Positions 27,301 to 63,610 of a stretch of 64,000 bases of DNA are shown here, piece by piece. The DNA is from Phoronis australis. Its lineage: Eukaryota > Animalia > Phoronida. The stretch's first letter is position 1. Every line of letters starts with the position of its first letter. Where the stretch lies: assembly GCA_002633005.1 (NCBI GenBank), contig NMRA01000071.1, positions 329,518 to 393,517 of the forward strand, in the 5' to 3' direction. The position numbers and the translations under genes were made by a program. The notes under the pieces were generated by a model that saw only the letters and a program-made list of their open reading frames with translations, searched no databases and had not been told where the DNA came from.

Positions 27301-30300
27301 ACACTGACAACGTAGTCACTTGTCAAACTACGGTAAATGATAGTTTGAAATACTTTAAATGTTCATGATATTGTAATTGCCATCTTGCTTTCTTATTAAG
27401 CCTTGTTAGTGGTAGACCACTATATAGATATATATGTCTTGGCACTGTGGCAGATCAGTTTCCAACTCTAAAATAAACATTTCAATAAACTACATCACAG
27501 TAGCTGTGGTGGTCTCCATTATATGTGCATGATTGACATATCTCTTAATGGTGAACCCTGGCTTTTTTATTTATTTTGCACAGTCTGAATTTTTGGAAAA
27601 TAAAATAGAAGTGAAGTAATGAGCTTGATCAATTGTGAAATACACAGCCAGTGTGAGTGTGAAGACTTAACCATAGTAGAACTACTTCGCCAGCGATTCA
27701 ATGCCCTATCAGTGTCTGTTTGAAGGCTTGCTCATACTTACATTGCAGTCACAGCAACAACCATTTAATTATCTGACAATACAAACTGATACTCAATTGC
27801 TGGTTACATCACAGCTGACATGCCTCTAGCTATTAATGAGATGGGAACTTTATTTGGGTTGGCCATAATTAAATGTTAGTTTTGTTAATTTCAGATAATT
27901 CACTTTACTGGACAATTTAATCTTCCAAGTCTTCCTCCATCAGTTTACTGCTGCGAAACTAAACACTCCTCTTTATTGTGTTGTCTACACTGAAGCTGCC
28001 AATGGAATTTCATATTTTCTGGTTTTTCTTAATTAGAATTTGGCCTGATGATTTTGTATATTCTCAGGTTACTAACTATTAATTGTTTTGCAAGTCTATT
28101 AAACGATTTAGACAATATTTAGACACTCTATCATATTATATAACCCATAAAGAAAAGGTTTAGATTTTTAAAAATTATTTTACTTAGTGTCCCAGACTTG
28201 CTGAAAATAAGCGAGAGTTATCTCTCTATTAATGACTGACTCAGCTGATTGAGAGATAGTTGACAAGAACTGGACCATGTGGCTAAGAATATTTTGGATG
28301 AATACATACAGTATGAAACATCTCTACTTAGTACACATGTACTGTACTTAGATCACATGTACTCTACTCAGTACACCTGTAATAAATAGTTTCAACTTAG
28401 AGCAAGTATTTCAAGAGAACAAACCCACTGTGTATATTAGCAGGAAGAGATAACCAGTTAATAGTTTCACAACGTACAATTACAAAACATCCAACATGGA
28501 GCACTGTATTGTTCTTTCAAACGCACTACAGATGGAAAATTTAGGAACCAATTGTTAAGATAAGCATTACTTGTCATTATACATTCATTTGTAATTTAGG
28601 TAGTAGGCCTAACCCATCAGGTGTGGTATTAAGGGGGATTCAAGCCTCCTGCCATCTAGCAACATTAGCATACATTAGGGGTGAGTGTCTGGGCATAGGA
28701 CTTAGTCATTGGGAGACATTTGTAAACATCCAGCAAATGCCAGCCACACATTTGAACATTGTAGTACGTTGCACTGAGTGCTCTTTGACCTCTGTTTTTC
28801 TGTTGCAGGGACGTGGCAGAGGTGAAACAAGAGTGTCAGGGAGAGTGCCAACACACTTCTTGTCAGGCATGTAGGTTTGCTGACTATGATCCTGATTGCA
28901 TCAAGTGCAGTAAAGATGACTTCTCATGTATGAAGAAGTACGCCAAGTGTGTCAAGAAACAGTACTGTACGCGGAACAAGTTTCCATGTCGGAAAGCAGC
29001 CTACAGGGTGAGTAGAGAACATGTTGTAGGTTGTAATCTACAGGGTGAGTAGAGAACATGTAAGTAGTAATCTACAGGGTGAGTAGAGAACATGTAAGTA
29101 GTAATCTACAGGGTGAGTAAGAGTGTATGATGGAAATCACTGCTTCAGAGATGCCCACTAGTACACATTAAAATGTCACCAACCTAGAATATCAGACAAA
29201 CCAGTGCTCAATGCACAACATCAAATCAAACAACATGACTGCATCAACAACAGCCATGACTCAAAATCCACTTTTCACAATTTAGTGAAAGCACAGGTTT
29301 TGAAAAATTAAATGATAATCAAAACCTATAAACACTGGGCCTTTAAAGTTAATCATTTGCTAATTTGGCAATAACACAAATTTGGACATTCAACTGAAAG
29401 TTTGAAAATTTTTCATAATGTCCAAGAAAACGTTTTTATTTTTGTTTGTGAAAATACAGAAAAACCAAAAATACTAAAACTTGTGGAAAAAATAATGGAG
29501 GCACAATTTTTGGGTAGGCACCACTGCTGCATGAATTTCCCCTCTCCCAGTGAGGGAGCAGCAGGCTATCATGTGTACAGCCCAGTGTAGTCTGGAGGGT
29601 CCAGACTATCATGTGCATAGGTCAGTGATGACTTGTGCTGTCTAGGGTTTCTTGTTTTGATGAACACAACCTCATTCATGTTTTGGTCAGAGACCAACAT
29701 TTTGATAAGTCAGCAACATTCAGAGGACCATGCCGTACCACAAAGAGAATTCAAAGTCTGCGCCTCTTTGTATGACACTATGTGTCTGGTTGTGTAAACT
29801 GGTCAGAGCAGAATGGTCCACTTAAAATTTTTACATTGTCTGTAAGCATTGTCTGGTTGTGTAAACTGGTCAGAGCAGAATGGTCCACTTAAAATTTTTA
29901 CATTGTCTGTAAGCATTGTCTGCTTGTTACATTCTAATTTACTTTGTTGAGTTTTTGACAAAAGTAAGCGGTACTTACCATTTTATATTCCTTGGTATTT
30001 GTCATTACATTTCCATAGAGCACCTAGAAAATTCTATGGATTTCATAAGCATTTTCAAAATTATAAGGTCTTTTTCACAACAATTTACTTTGTAAATATA
30101 CTTCATTTAAAACTAGTGGTCCATGTTTTCCAATATATTTTGTTTTGTCAACAATCACACCTCAAAACAACAGTTTTTTCACAGTGTGTTGTGATTGAAG
30201 TATTTATTCCAAAACATTCTATAATTCCCTTGGTTAACCTCTGATTAAAAACAAAAATGTTTTCAATACTAAGTCAGCAATTGTGTGTTTACTGTAATTT

Positions 30301-31930
30301 AATATCAAATCTTAAGTGTTTTGGTTCTTAGTCACTAGAGATTATCCAGGTCGGGTATCACGACTTCCACTGCCTGCCCCACCCCCCACCATGAAGTACA
30401 ATGCTAGTCTAATCAAACCTATAGTCTTCCACTGGGCCCCCGATGAGGTAAAATGCTAGTCTAATCAAACCTATAGTCTTCCACTGGGCCCCCGATGAGG
30501 TAAAATGCTAGTCTAATCAAACCTATAGTCTTCCACTGGGCCCCCGATGAGGTAAAATGCTAGTCTAATCACACCTACAGTCTTCCACTGGGCCCCCCCG
30601 ATGAGGTACAACGCTACTCTAACCTCAATCTTAGTCTTCCTCTTAAAGTGCTTTGCTATGCTAATCACAGCTGACAGAAGCTGTCGCCTGTCTCCTGCTA
30701 ACATTTAGTGGTCCAACCCCCTTAATTGGCACTTTGTACAGTGTGTCACCACCTTGTGTGCATTTTTGAAACCACTGGATGGCATTAGCAAAGGGAAATT
30801 GAATTCATTACTTAAAGAAATGTAACTTTTAAGTCAAATTGGTACCAGAAATATTTTGGGAAGTTTTCTTAATGGATGGTCACCTTGGTAATATTTTCTA
30901 TTTAATACATCAGATTGATGTTGTGGTTTTACAAAAGAAAATAAACTACTTTGAAAAGCTTTATGAGGAAGAATAATTTTAAAACATAAAATTTTCCAAC
31001 AAAATTATCTTGATATACTTTGAAAAGGAATGTTTAAACTGTTCATCAGAGCAAATCAGGTGCAGCCAATTGTTTCAATGCATAACTTCTTGTGGATACT
31101 TTAGGTAATAAAAGAGAACTTAAATAATACCCAATCAACAAATCTAGTTACATTTCTGGGTACATTCACACCCACCATGACAGCACTGCCTGTGAGATGC
31201 ATAACTACACAATGTTTTTAAAGCATGCATTTTAACTAGTTTGACAGCCAACAAGCACATTAGGCTATTTTGTCTAGTTCTAACAATAACTCATATGCCA
31301 GCTTGACGCAACTTGCCCATAGTCACATCAACCAGTGGACACTTGGCCATGCCACTGCAGCAGACAGTGTGGTAGGATAATAATGATTTAATCACTGCTT
31401 TATGTGCTAGACTTATTTTGAATGATAACACAAGGTACTCCAATTTAATTGGTAGGTTTTAGTTCACAGGCCACCCTCATAAATGAAAACAGATCAGTGA
31501 CATTTTGATGAGTTTGAGAATACTAAAGTCTCTACAAAATGTGTCTGGCATCCTGTAAATATACCAGTACATAACAACATCAGCCAGGTTTGTTTTTAAA
31601 CAACACTTAATATCGCAAACAGTATTTCTAATGAAAATAAACAGTAATTTGTTATTATTTTAAATGCAATATAATGTATTATACACGACTCCATTGTATA
31701 CTATAAAACAACATGAGAATAAATATGAATGTTTCCAATACACAATGTTTTATAGTTGCTGATTCCACCATCTACATTGTATCAATGGTATCTATGTGGT
31801 GTCCATAGCATCTTTGAGGAATCTATCAGAATTTGTCGTTTGATTTAATTTTTTCATGTAGAATTTTACTTTGCAGCTTAAAGAAGCAGGAAAGTTCCAG
31901 TGCATGGTTCCGCCATGTTTAAAACATTGA
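6001..31930 (+). CDS. Secreted IGFBP-domain (CRIM1-like N-terminus) cysteine-rich protein, ~240 aa; join(6001..6370,19965..20064,28809..29007,31877..31930)
   Basis: Four GT-AG exons with compatible phases (1,2,0) give a 723-nt open frame ending in TGA. Hydrophobic N-terminus (VVVYLLVFSLSSLTAG), 12-Cys IGFBP module with GVCDCCPVC (GCGCCxxC-type motif), then 16 more Cys. Confidence 0.82.
9198..9442. repeat. 40-bp minisatellite, ~6 copies, G-rich
   Basis: TCTGTCAGTTGGGAGGTGTGTGTTGGGGTTATGGATGGGG units at 9201, 9241, 9281 and onward. Confidence 0.95.
11371..11492. repeat. 21-bp minisatellite, ~6 copies
   Basis: TGTAGAGTTAGTAAACAAATA units. Confidence 0.9.
16234..16556. repeat. 36-bp minisatellite, ~9 copies
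   Basis: GTACATGATGTGCTGCAGGTACAGCTAAAATGGTCT units. Confidence 0.95.
17273..17763. repeat. 40-bp minisatellite, ~12 copies
   Basis: TTCTCATTTCTACAATATACAACTGATCAGGTATTCAATG units. Confidence 0.95.
19965..20064 (+). CDS. IGFBP-domain protein internal exon
   Basis: tttgcAG acceptor and GTAAGT donor. Phase 1 reading gives NPRHAGDEAIPGYCQPKCTPKFCKANPKEICSA; the ORF track shows a different frame here. Confidence 0.75.
20512..21711. mobile_element. Non-autonomous Kolobok-like DNA transposon, copy 2 (full length, 1.2 kb)
   Basis: TIRs GGTTATCTCCAACCTT / AAGGTTTGAGATAACC, flanked by TGAA and TTAA. RR..YY termini with a TTAA target are Kolobok-type. No ORF. Confidence 0.75.
22828..22940 (+). mobile_element. 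tRNA-derived SINE head with preceding inverted copy
   Basis: A-box-like TAGCTGAATGG and B-box GGTTCGATTCC; no proper acceptor stem; near-identical inverted copy at 49201-49285. Confidence 0.65.
23320..23575. repeat. ~32-bp minisatellite, ~8 copies
   Basis: CAGATACAGGTAGGCTTCAATAGACACCTACT units. Confidence 0.9.
23610..23950. repeat. 17-bp minisatellite, ~20 copies
   Basis: AACTATTAGGRCATCAT units. Confidence 0.92.
27052..27185. repeat. Compound palindrome of GGACCTAGGTCC units
   Basis: Perfect 24-bp inverted repeat 27121-27144/27162-27185 with a 17-nt spacer, plus an upstream degenerate copy. Confidence 0.75.
28809..29007 (+). CDS. IGFBP-domain protein Cys-rich exon
   Basis: ttttctgttgcAG acceptor and GTGAGT donor; DVAEVKQECQGECQHTSCQACRF...CRKAAYR (10 Cys). 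Confidence 0.82.
29001..29119. repeat. ~34-bp tandem repeat containing the exon end and donor site, 4 starts
   Basis: CTACAGGGTGAGTA at 29001, 29038, 29072 and 29106. Confidence 0.9.
30391..30641. repeat. ~52-bp minisatellite, ~5 copies
   Basis: ATGAGGTAAAATGCTAGTCTAATCAAACCTATAGTCTTCCACTGGGCCCCCG units. Confidence 0.9.
31877..31930 (+). CDS. IGFBP-domain protein terminal coding exon
   Basis: ttttactttgcAG acceptor, phase 0, LKEAGKFQCMVPPCLKH*; its two Cys bring the C-terminal region to 16. Confidence 0.68.
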   Translation, partial: LKEAGKFQCMVPPCLKH

Positions 31931-34715
31931 CAGATCTGACCAAGGACCAGGTAAAACAGGGTACCATAAAACACCTAAAGGTGGCAGGACCAGTTCTAAA
32001 TCGTCTGGTGCAGTGAAAATGAATGATGCAGCAACATAGGTTTCCCTGTTGAGGATTTTCTACCAACAAATATTGGACAAAGATATGATTGGCTGACAGT
32101 GAAGTAAGCCATGAGGACCATATCAGCACTTGTAGACCCTTGACACTAGAGTCTATTTGACTGAGGAGTAATGAACAAGCATACTTCCTTTACACAACAG
32201 TCTCAGTCAAGTCTTTCACCTCAGCGCTATTAAACCCAATGTATGTTCTGGTTCAGAACCTGACATTTCAAACAAGTGACAAGTAACTACAAATCTTGGC
32301 AAAATCTTATTAATTCTGTTGTGTTGGTCGTCTGATACGATTGTATTAATGGGCAGTCTTTGTACGCTCGATAAGTACATTTTTAGTGTCAACAGAAAGT
32401 GTAAAACACTGATTTATGCAGCTTATACAGCATACTGTGGGTTTGCTTTCATAGTCTTCTAAGGAGTTATAGATAAATAACTTGTAACCCAGGGTAGAAG
32501 ACCTTCCTCTCTCTCGAATTACAAGAGCATCCTCATCAATGCCTGTTTTTTTATTCCCTTCAATTATGTTCTTATGAACTAATTTCTTTTTTTCAAAAAC
32601 CACGATCATTGTGAGACAGTGAAAGGAAATATTATTGAAGTTTTTGAGAAAACATATGTCTTCATAAGAATAGAGTCACATATCATGAGAAAACAAACAC
32701 AACATGCAAGTAAAAGGGTTTGTATGAAAATAGTTGCACTTCAAGCAAGAAATAATCGAGTTACTAATAAAGAAGGTGTCCGTGACAAAATAATGCTGCA
32801 AATGAGAACGGTCACGGAGTTCGTCAGGGGAGAAGATTATCTAACCTGTTGCTGAGATCACCAGGTATCTGATGATTCACTGAGACATATTTTTAAGTAG
32901 GTGAAGGAAACCAAACTCCAGTTAATGGGAAACTCTAACTTCACTAGGTGTCTGTAGTGCAGCATGGGACCTACCTGTAGAAAGGTCTGCGATCAGGTAA
33001 TCACGTGGGCCATTTATCCCATGAACACACAATATGATGGTGAAGTGCCTTTTGCTCTCACTCTATTCAGGTGTATAAAAAGTGGGACATTTCTTCATTA
33101 AGACCACCCTGTGAATGTGGAGTAAACCATACCATACATTGAAATAATTATACACTTTTAAAAGCGAAGACTTCCACCTTGAGTCTCATGTTATTAATAT
33201 CATCACTTCCATGTCTTACAAATAACACCAGCTTAACTCTATTTGTTGTGCTTTTGATGTAGCTCGATACTATCCATGTTACTTTCAGCGTGAATAGTGT
33301 TTCACTGTATTAACCCAGTGTTCCACTGTATTAACCCAGTGTTCACAGTATTCATCTAAGAGTATGAACAGTGTTTCATTGTACTGACCTAGTGTTCATG
33401 GTATTCATCAAAGAGTGTGAACAGTGTTTCTTTGTATTGACCCTGTGTTCATGGTATTCAACTAAGTTATGTCTAAGATATGTTATTGTTTTATTATAAT
33501 TTCTATTTATTTGACGTCAATCAAAACTTTGCACATGTACTAAATGTCAGTGGTGTAAATATGTTATATGTTTTAATAAAATGATGGGTTTGTATTTGGG
33601 GTTTGTGTTGTGAAGAAAAATATCAGTTAAATCAGAGGCAATATGAAGACAATCAGTCCTCACTGTAATGGAAGGGTACTTGAAAGACATGTCTGTTGAG
33701 ACAAAACAAAACATAAGGGGACCAGAGAGACATGTCCATGGACACAATATGACACATAAGGGGACCAGGAAGACATGTATTGAAAAGTAACGGTGCACCC
33801 TACTAGTTAATTGCAATTACACATCTACTTATTCATAATCACTGGAAATTACAAGAACTCCAATGGCTGCCATATTAACTGAGAACTACAGCACACAGCT
33901 GTCTGCTTTATTCTAGTCTACAAATCTATTTTCCACTCAGTTCTGATAAGCACACGGCTGATAAAGGTACTAAACTGAGAGAACAGTCACAACTTTTGAT
34001 TTAATTACAGTAAACAAGCACCAAATGCATTCTTTTAGTGAGTAAAACCTGCCAGTCAACACTGTTTAAACAGTATGTCATTGACCTACTTATGGAGACC
34101 ATCAGGTTATGTCATTGACCTACTTATGGAGACCAGCAGGTTATGTCATTGACCTACTTATGGAAACCAGCAGGCTAGTGATGTCCACAATTAGTGTTCT
34201 GTCACAAAATAGTATGTAATATTTTTATATTTTTGTACGTTCTCTTAAAAGCCCAAGTTTTGGCTGGGTATAGCAATTGATACAGGACACTAAATAAACG
34301 ATTATTGATTAATGGATTGATTGATATGAAGTTAATGAGAGAATACAAAGATGTAAAAATTAACTATATTTTCTAAAAATTTATATTCAATTTAGTTGCA
34401 ATTTTCCACGGAATAGCTGAACAAATATAAGTTCACAAAAATGGTGCATGAAATGAAACAAAAATGGCGTCTCCTAGAAGCTGGAAGTACTATAAACATC
34501 TGAGCAGCGAAAACAAAAACACCTTGCAAGCAACACAAAGAATCCACCAGGGGGCATTTCAGATACACATCAGCAGGAAATACGACTTTCCTGAAATGAT
34601 CCTGTGTAGTGGTCAACCTTTTAACTGCTCAGCACATTTATTAGGAAATTATTTTGTATCCAGATGACATCTGTTGCAATTAAGCACGTTTTCTATGGGA
34701 ATACTGTATCTGCTC

Positions 34716-34838
34716 CAAGACCATGCCTTGCACCAGACCATGCACCAGACCATGCCTCGCACCAGACCATGCCTCGCACCAGACCATGCCTCGCACTAGA
34801 CCATGCCTTGCACCAGACCATGCCTCGCACCAGACCAG
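34716..34838. repeat. 17-bp minisatellite
   Basis: CCAGACCATGCCTCGCA units. Confidence 0.9.
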
Positions 34839-36057
34839 CTTCACAAGTTGATTTTTCTTGCATAAACTATGGACAAAGTCATTCACCACGATGTCACATC
34901 TCAATGTGAATTTAATTTTGGTATTCAAAATTTGTAATTGGTTTATGTTTGAAGCCACTGAATAATGCGTATTATATTTAACCAGTCAAATATTAAATGC
35001 ATGTTCGTTGATCACTTATTTCACACATCAGATTCAAACAATACATAACTGTCTGTCTGGCTATATGGAACCAAAGCATGAGAACCCAGATCCAAACCCA
35101 AAGTGGAACCATTGCAGACCAAGTTCCTACCATTTGTTTGAAATTAAAACTAGAAAAGATTGCATGAGTTTTGAGTTATGATTTGTTTCAACAATCACAC
35201 CTACAATTAATTGAGAAAATATACAATGACTAAAGTAGACAGTCTTACGACCACAGCTTTTCTGAGGACACAATATTGTTGTGACAGAGAATGCAAGTGA
35301 TGCCACCTTTGGGAATTTTTTGTACCCTAATTAAAGATCATGGCTCTTTTCACTGCATAAACACATGACAATTTGGTTTAAGTTGAATTCTCCAACTCTT
35401 TTTTAGCAAATTTAGGAATACATTAAAATGGAAATCAATAATTCATTTGATGACTAACAACTTATTGACATATTTCATACATGACCAGCAGAAAGTAAAA
35501 CATAAATAATAAATTGAAACATTATTTATTATGCCATCATCTTAGCTTCAACTTTTTCTGTCTTTTAGCCAAGACACACATCATTAAGAATGCATGCACA
35601 ATTAATGAGGCTGCTAACAGTCTTTAACAGCATTGTAAGCCATTACAAGTGTTCCATACACAAACTGATCCAAGAATTCTTAGACAGTGCAGTTTTATAA
35701 AGTCACCTCAAACCAAAACGTTTGGTTTTAATTATTCTTAATAGACAAATTGTGGTTTGTGAAATTTTGTACAGCTGAGACAAAATGACTAAAGGGTACA
35801 GTACTAGTTGTTTTTGTCTGAAAATTGACTGGTGTTGCACTCTACAAAATACAAAATTAACACAGTCACATGCTAAGTTTTATGACAATCTTTCACATGC
35901 CTTTTAGATAACAAGGCAGATGACAAAAATTGAACTGCAAATGGGAGGGGCCACAGTTGTACCAGCACGGATAATTGACCCCTTGGCAAGCAGCCAAATT
36001 TCAAGAGCCTTTCAAGAGTAAATACAGAAAAATATTACAACACCCAAAAACCATAAT

Positions 36058-36360
36058 TGAAAACTGCCACAAGGTGTCAGGCATAACTGTGACATATATG
36101 AAAACTGCCACAAGGTGTAAAGCATAACTGCGATTTGAATGAAAAATGCCACAAGATGCCAGGCATGACTCTGATATAAATGAAAACTGCCACCAGGTGT
36201 CAGGCGTAAGTGTGATATAAATGAAAACTGCCACAAGGTGTCAGCCATAAGTGTGATATAAATGAAAACTGCCACAAGGTGTCAGGCATGACTGTGATTT
36301 AAATGGAAACTGCCACAAGACATCAGGCATGACTGTGATATAAATGAAAATTGACACAAA
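36058..36360. repeat. 41-bp minisatellite, ~7 copies
   Basis: GAAAACTGCCACAAGGTGTCAGGCATRACTGTGATATAAAT units. Confidence 0.9.
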
Positions 36361-36582
36361 ATGCTGGAATTCAACGAAAAAGTGACTTCAGTTGTACTCG
36401 TGAAAAAGAAGTGCAAAGTTTCACGGCATCATTCAAGATTTAAGGAGATACAAGCGCATATACTGGATGCTGCCAGTATAGAGTAGCAAATGGTGGAGAC
36501 CACCAGATACAGAGGATGATAACATGTACCCAAATATTGAACACTTGGGTGCATGAAAAATTACTCAGATGTCTTTAATCAT

Positions 36583-36588
36583 TTTATT
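36583..36588 (-). promoter_or_regulatory. Candidate CDK7 polyadenylation signal AATAAA
   Basis: First minus-strand AATAAA, about 190 nt after the stop codon. Confidence 0.4.
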
Positions 36589-36779
36589 GCTGAAAATAAC
36601 ACAATATAACTACTAGTGATTCGTCACACTTAGTCCTGTGTAGCCTGTAATAACACAATATAACTACCAAGTGATTCGTCACACTTAGTCCTGGGTAGCC
36701 AGTAATCACCACTGTAACTTTGAGACCAACCTCCTCAAAACACTTCTATGACATCCCAGCAACACTGCTCCTGCACTTC

Positions 36780-60575
<23,796 letters not shown>

Positions 60576-61456
60576 CGTCACTAAATCTCCACCAATCATT
60601 CATGGTGTCACAGTTGTTGTCAAATCTCAAAGAATTCTGCCCAGCTGCCTGTTTTAAGTCGCTCCATTCTAGTTATGCTATACACCTTGTTGTTACGGTA
60701 ACCGTGCCTGCTGAATTGTTGGGTTGTGTAAGTGTCTCAACAGAGGGCAGCATGATCTTATACTCACAGCAGTGTACTGGAGATCGGAACAGTGCTTGAA
60801 TAGTTACAATGGTGTCCTGTAGAGGGAGCTGAGAGCAAGTCCGCTGAGCAGCAAGCCAATCTGGGAAGATTCATCCTATGTTGCAAGCCGCAGGACACAT
60901 GGATAACAGCCGCACGCTGACTCTTGTGTCCACCATAAACAATATGTCCTATCAACTCTGTGATTATTTATCGGTGATGAAGGACTTGGTGAGCTCTTGA
61001 AATGGGCATGGTGAGCTGGTATGTTGCATGAACTGACAGGGTGGATATGAGCTGGTGGAGTGCACATTATGAGCTGATATGCTGAATTTTGATGAACTGA
61101 TGTGTTGGACACATTGAACAGAATAGGATGAACTTGTCAAGCAGTTGTGATGGATTTCATCAACTGCTGTGATGAAATTGGTGGTTTGATCTGATGTACT
61201 TACTGAGCTGATGCAGTAACCATGGTGATGATGTTTGGTTTAATTTAATATGTACCAGTTTCACACTATTCACTGTTTTGGTGCCTAGTCAGTTAAAATG
61301 ATGCTTATACTTTACATAATTTTAATTTAAGTATTCAATTTAAATTTGTTAGTCATACTTAATTTGGACTAAATATAGATATAATGATGTCCAAAATTAA
61401 TAAATCAAGTAAGGCATGACCACCTATTGCAATACCTGTCTCGTGCAATTGTGGAG

Positions 61457-61763
61457 CAGAACTGTGAATTGTGGTTCAGAACTGTGAATTGTGGTTCAGA
61501 ACTGTGAATTGTGGTTCAGAACTGTTAACTGTGTACAGAACTGTGAATTGTGGTTCAGAACTGTGAATTGTGGTTCAGAACTGTGAACTGTGATTCAGAA
61601 CTGTGAACTGTGTACAGAACTGTGAACTGTGTACAGAACTGTGAACTGTGTACAGAACTGTGAATTGTGGTTCAGAACTGTGGTTCAGAACTGTGAACTG
61701 TGTACAGAACTGTGAATTGTGGTTCAGAACTGTGAATTGTGGTTCAGAACTGTGAATTGTGGT
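61457..61763. repeat. 20-bp minisatellite, ~15 copies
   Basis: CAGAACTGTGAATTGTGGTT / CAGAACTGTGAACTGTGTA units. Confidence 0.92.
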
Positions 61764-63610
61764 ACAGTTTTCGTGAAATGTGTGTGACTGCGTCAAAGGA
61801 AGTCTGCAGTAAAGAATTTCCTTACTTTGTTCAAATGAGAGGTCACTAACAGTGGTGATTGGACTTTGAGCCTCTGTTTGTGTCACAGATAGGCAGAGTT
61901 TTATGCTGCTCAAATATACCGCATTTGGGCGCACAGGTGTGTATCTGAAATAATATATCTTTAAAGTGATATTCTTTGCGCAGCTGTTTTGCATATTGTT
62001 TCATGTACTTAAGCCTCCTGTCCACGTGCTGCCATCTGTTGGCTGTAAGTGTGCATAGAACTGTGGAAGTGAAGGCCTAGAGCTATATGTTAAGTGACTG
62101 TTACTAGGGCCTTGTGCACACCTAGTCACCAGTCCACACTGATTACCATAAGTGAGAGTGTGAACACATGCCAACGTTCATCATTTTTGTGTTGAAGTAC
62201 TCATAATTCACTCAAGCAATATATTCCATATTTCCCCATAATTCACTCAAGCAATATATACCATACTTTCTCATAATTCACTCAAGTGTTGTTTCATGTG
62301 CCTTCATCCACTTAATTCCCTCCAATAGGGGCCGCTTTGGTAGATAAAGAAACGAAGGGGTGTTGTAAACAGGAGTGAAACTTTGGAAACTGTAATATTT
62401 CAAAATACACTTGATGATATCACCAATTTAGAACACGTGACGAGTTTCAGAAGTCGAATGATATCAGCATTTCGTAACTTCCATTCCTGTTCGGAGGCTC
62501 GAGTACCCATAATGCCACTTGAGTTCGCTATCACTACGGTGGGGCCATTTTAGGTGGTACTGCACCACCAAACATTAAAATTAAAAAATAATTTTTAATT
62601 GAAGATATTTGTAATTGTGTTGAATGAGCATTAGAGAATAAGTTTCGATGCGTTAAAATCCATTTTATAAAGTTTTTAACTAAAATCAAGCGAAAATAGT
62701 ATCTTTAATGTGCTGCAGGGTACAGTTTGACTAAAGGCGCTTTGTTTGCTGTAATTAACGACTGTTTTGAGGTATGCATTGAAACTAGCTTCAGTGCTGG
62801 TTTGCTTGAGCATGAGAACACAGTGTGAATCAGAAAGATGCACTTGAATGTTCAACTGTAGATTTCCTTACCGTCAAAACTGAGGTTCCCCGTACCGTAG
62901 AAACGAAACTGTTTGTATTTGCCTATTTTAAAATTGTAGTGCGTAGTTGGGAATCTGCTGCCATTTCATGCAGTCCTCAGATAAAATAAATTTGCAATTA
63001 ATTGGATTTCATATGGCCATGTTTCTGTAATAGGCTAATTTCATTAGAAAAGGCAAAAATTTTGAATCAAAATAATATTTCCTTCTCTTGGCTTGTTCGT
63101 GTCATAACGCATTTTAAATTTTTCGGCACTGGTGGAAAAATTGCATGGACTGACGACATCATTGGATTTAACGCTATGAGAGGCGACAGGATCCTGACAC
63201 ACGGCTCAGTGTTACTGCTGCCTTCTCAATGCATCAGCATGTAAACTTATATTTACCTTTCACATGGTGCATTATCAACGTGGATGTTGTTATCAGTTTT
63301 GCCAGTGAATATATCTGGAGTTTCAAGTGGAGGCTGGTTGATTCTAGTCCTTGGTTTACATTAGACGCTTAAGAAAAAAATTGACATATCTGCAGATGTA
63401 CCCGTTGTCACTATGCCACATATTTCGTAAGCCTGCAATTCGCTGTCAATTTCGCTACAAGTGTGAGCAACGATGCTTAAAGCAATTACAGTTTCAAAAT
63501 GGGAGGGTCACGTTCAGGGAATACATTTGGAGAATGTTTGTCACTGGTGGTTCTAGCAATATTTAACGGTGGAAATGCATAGAATGACTTGTTAACACTG
63601 TGGGACACTT

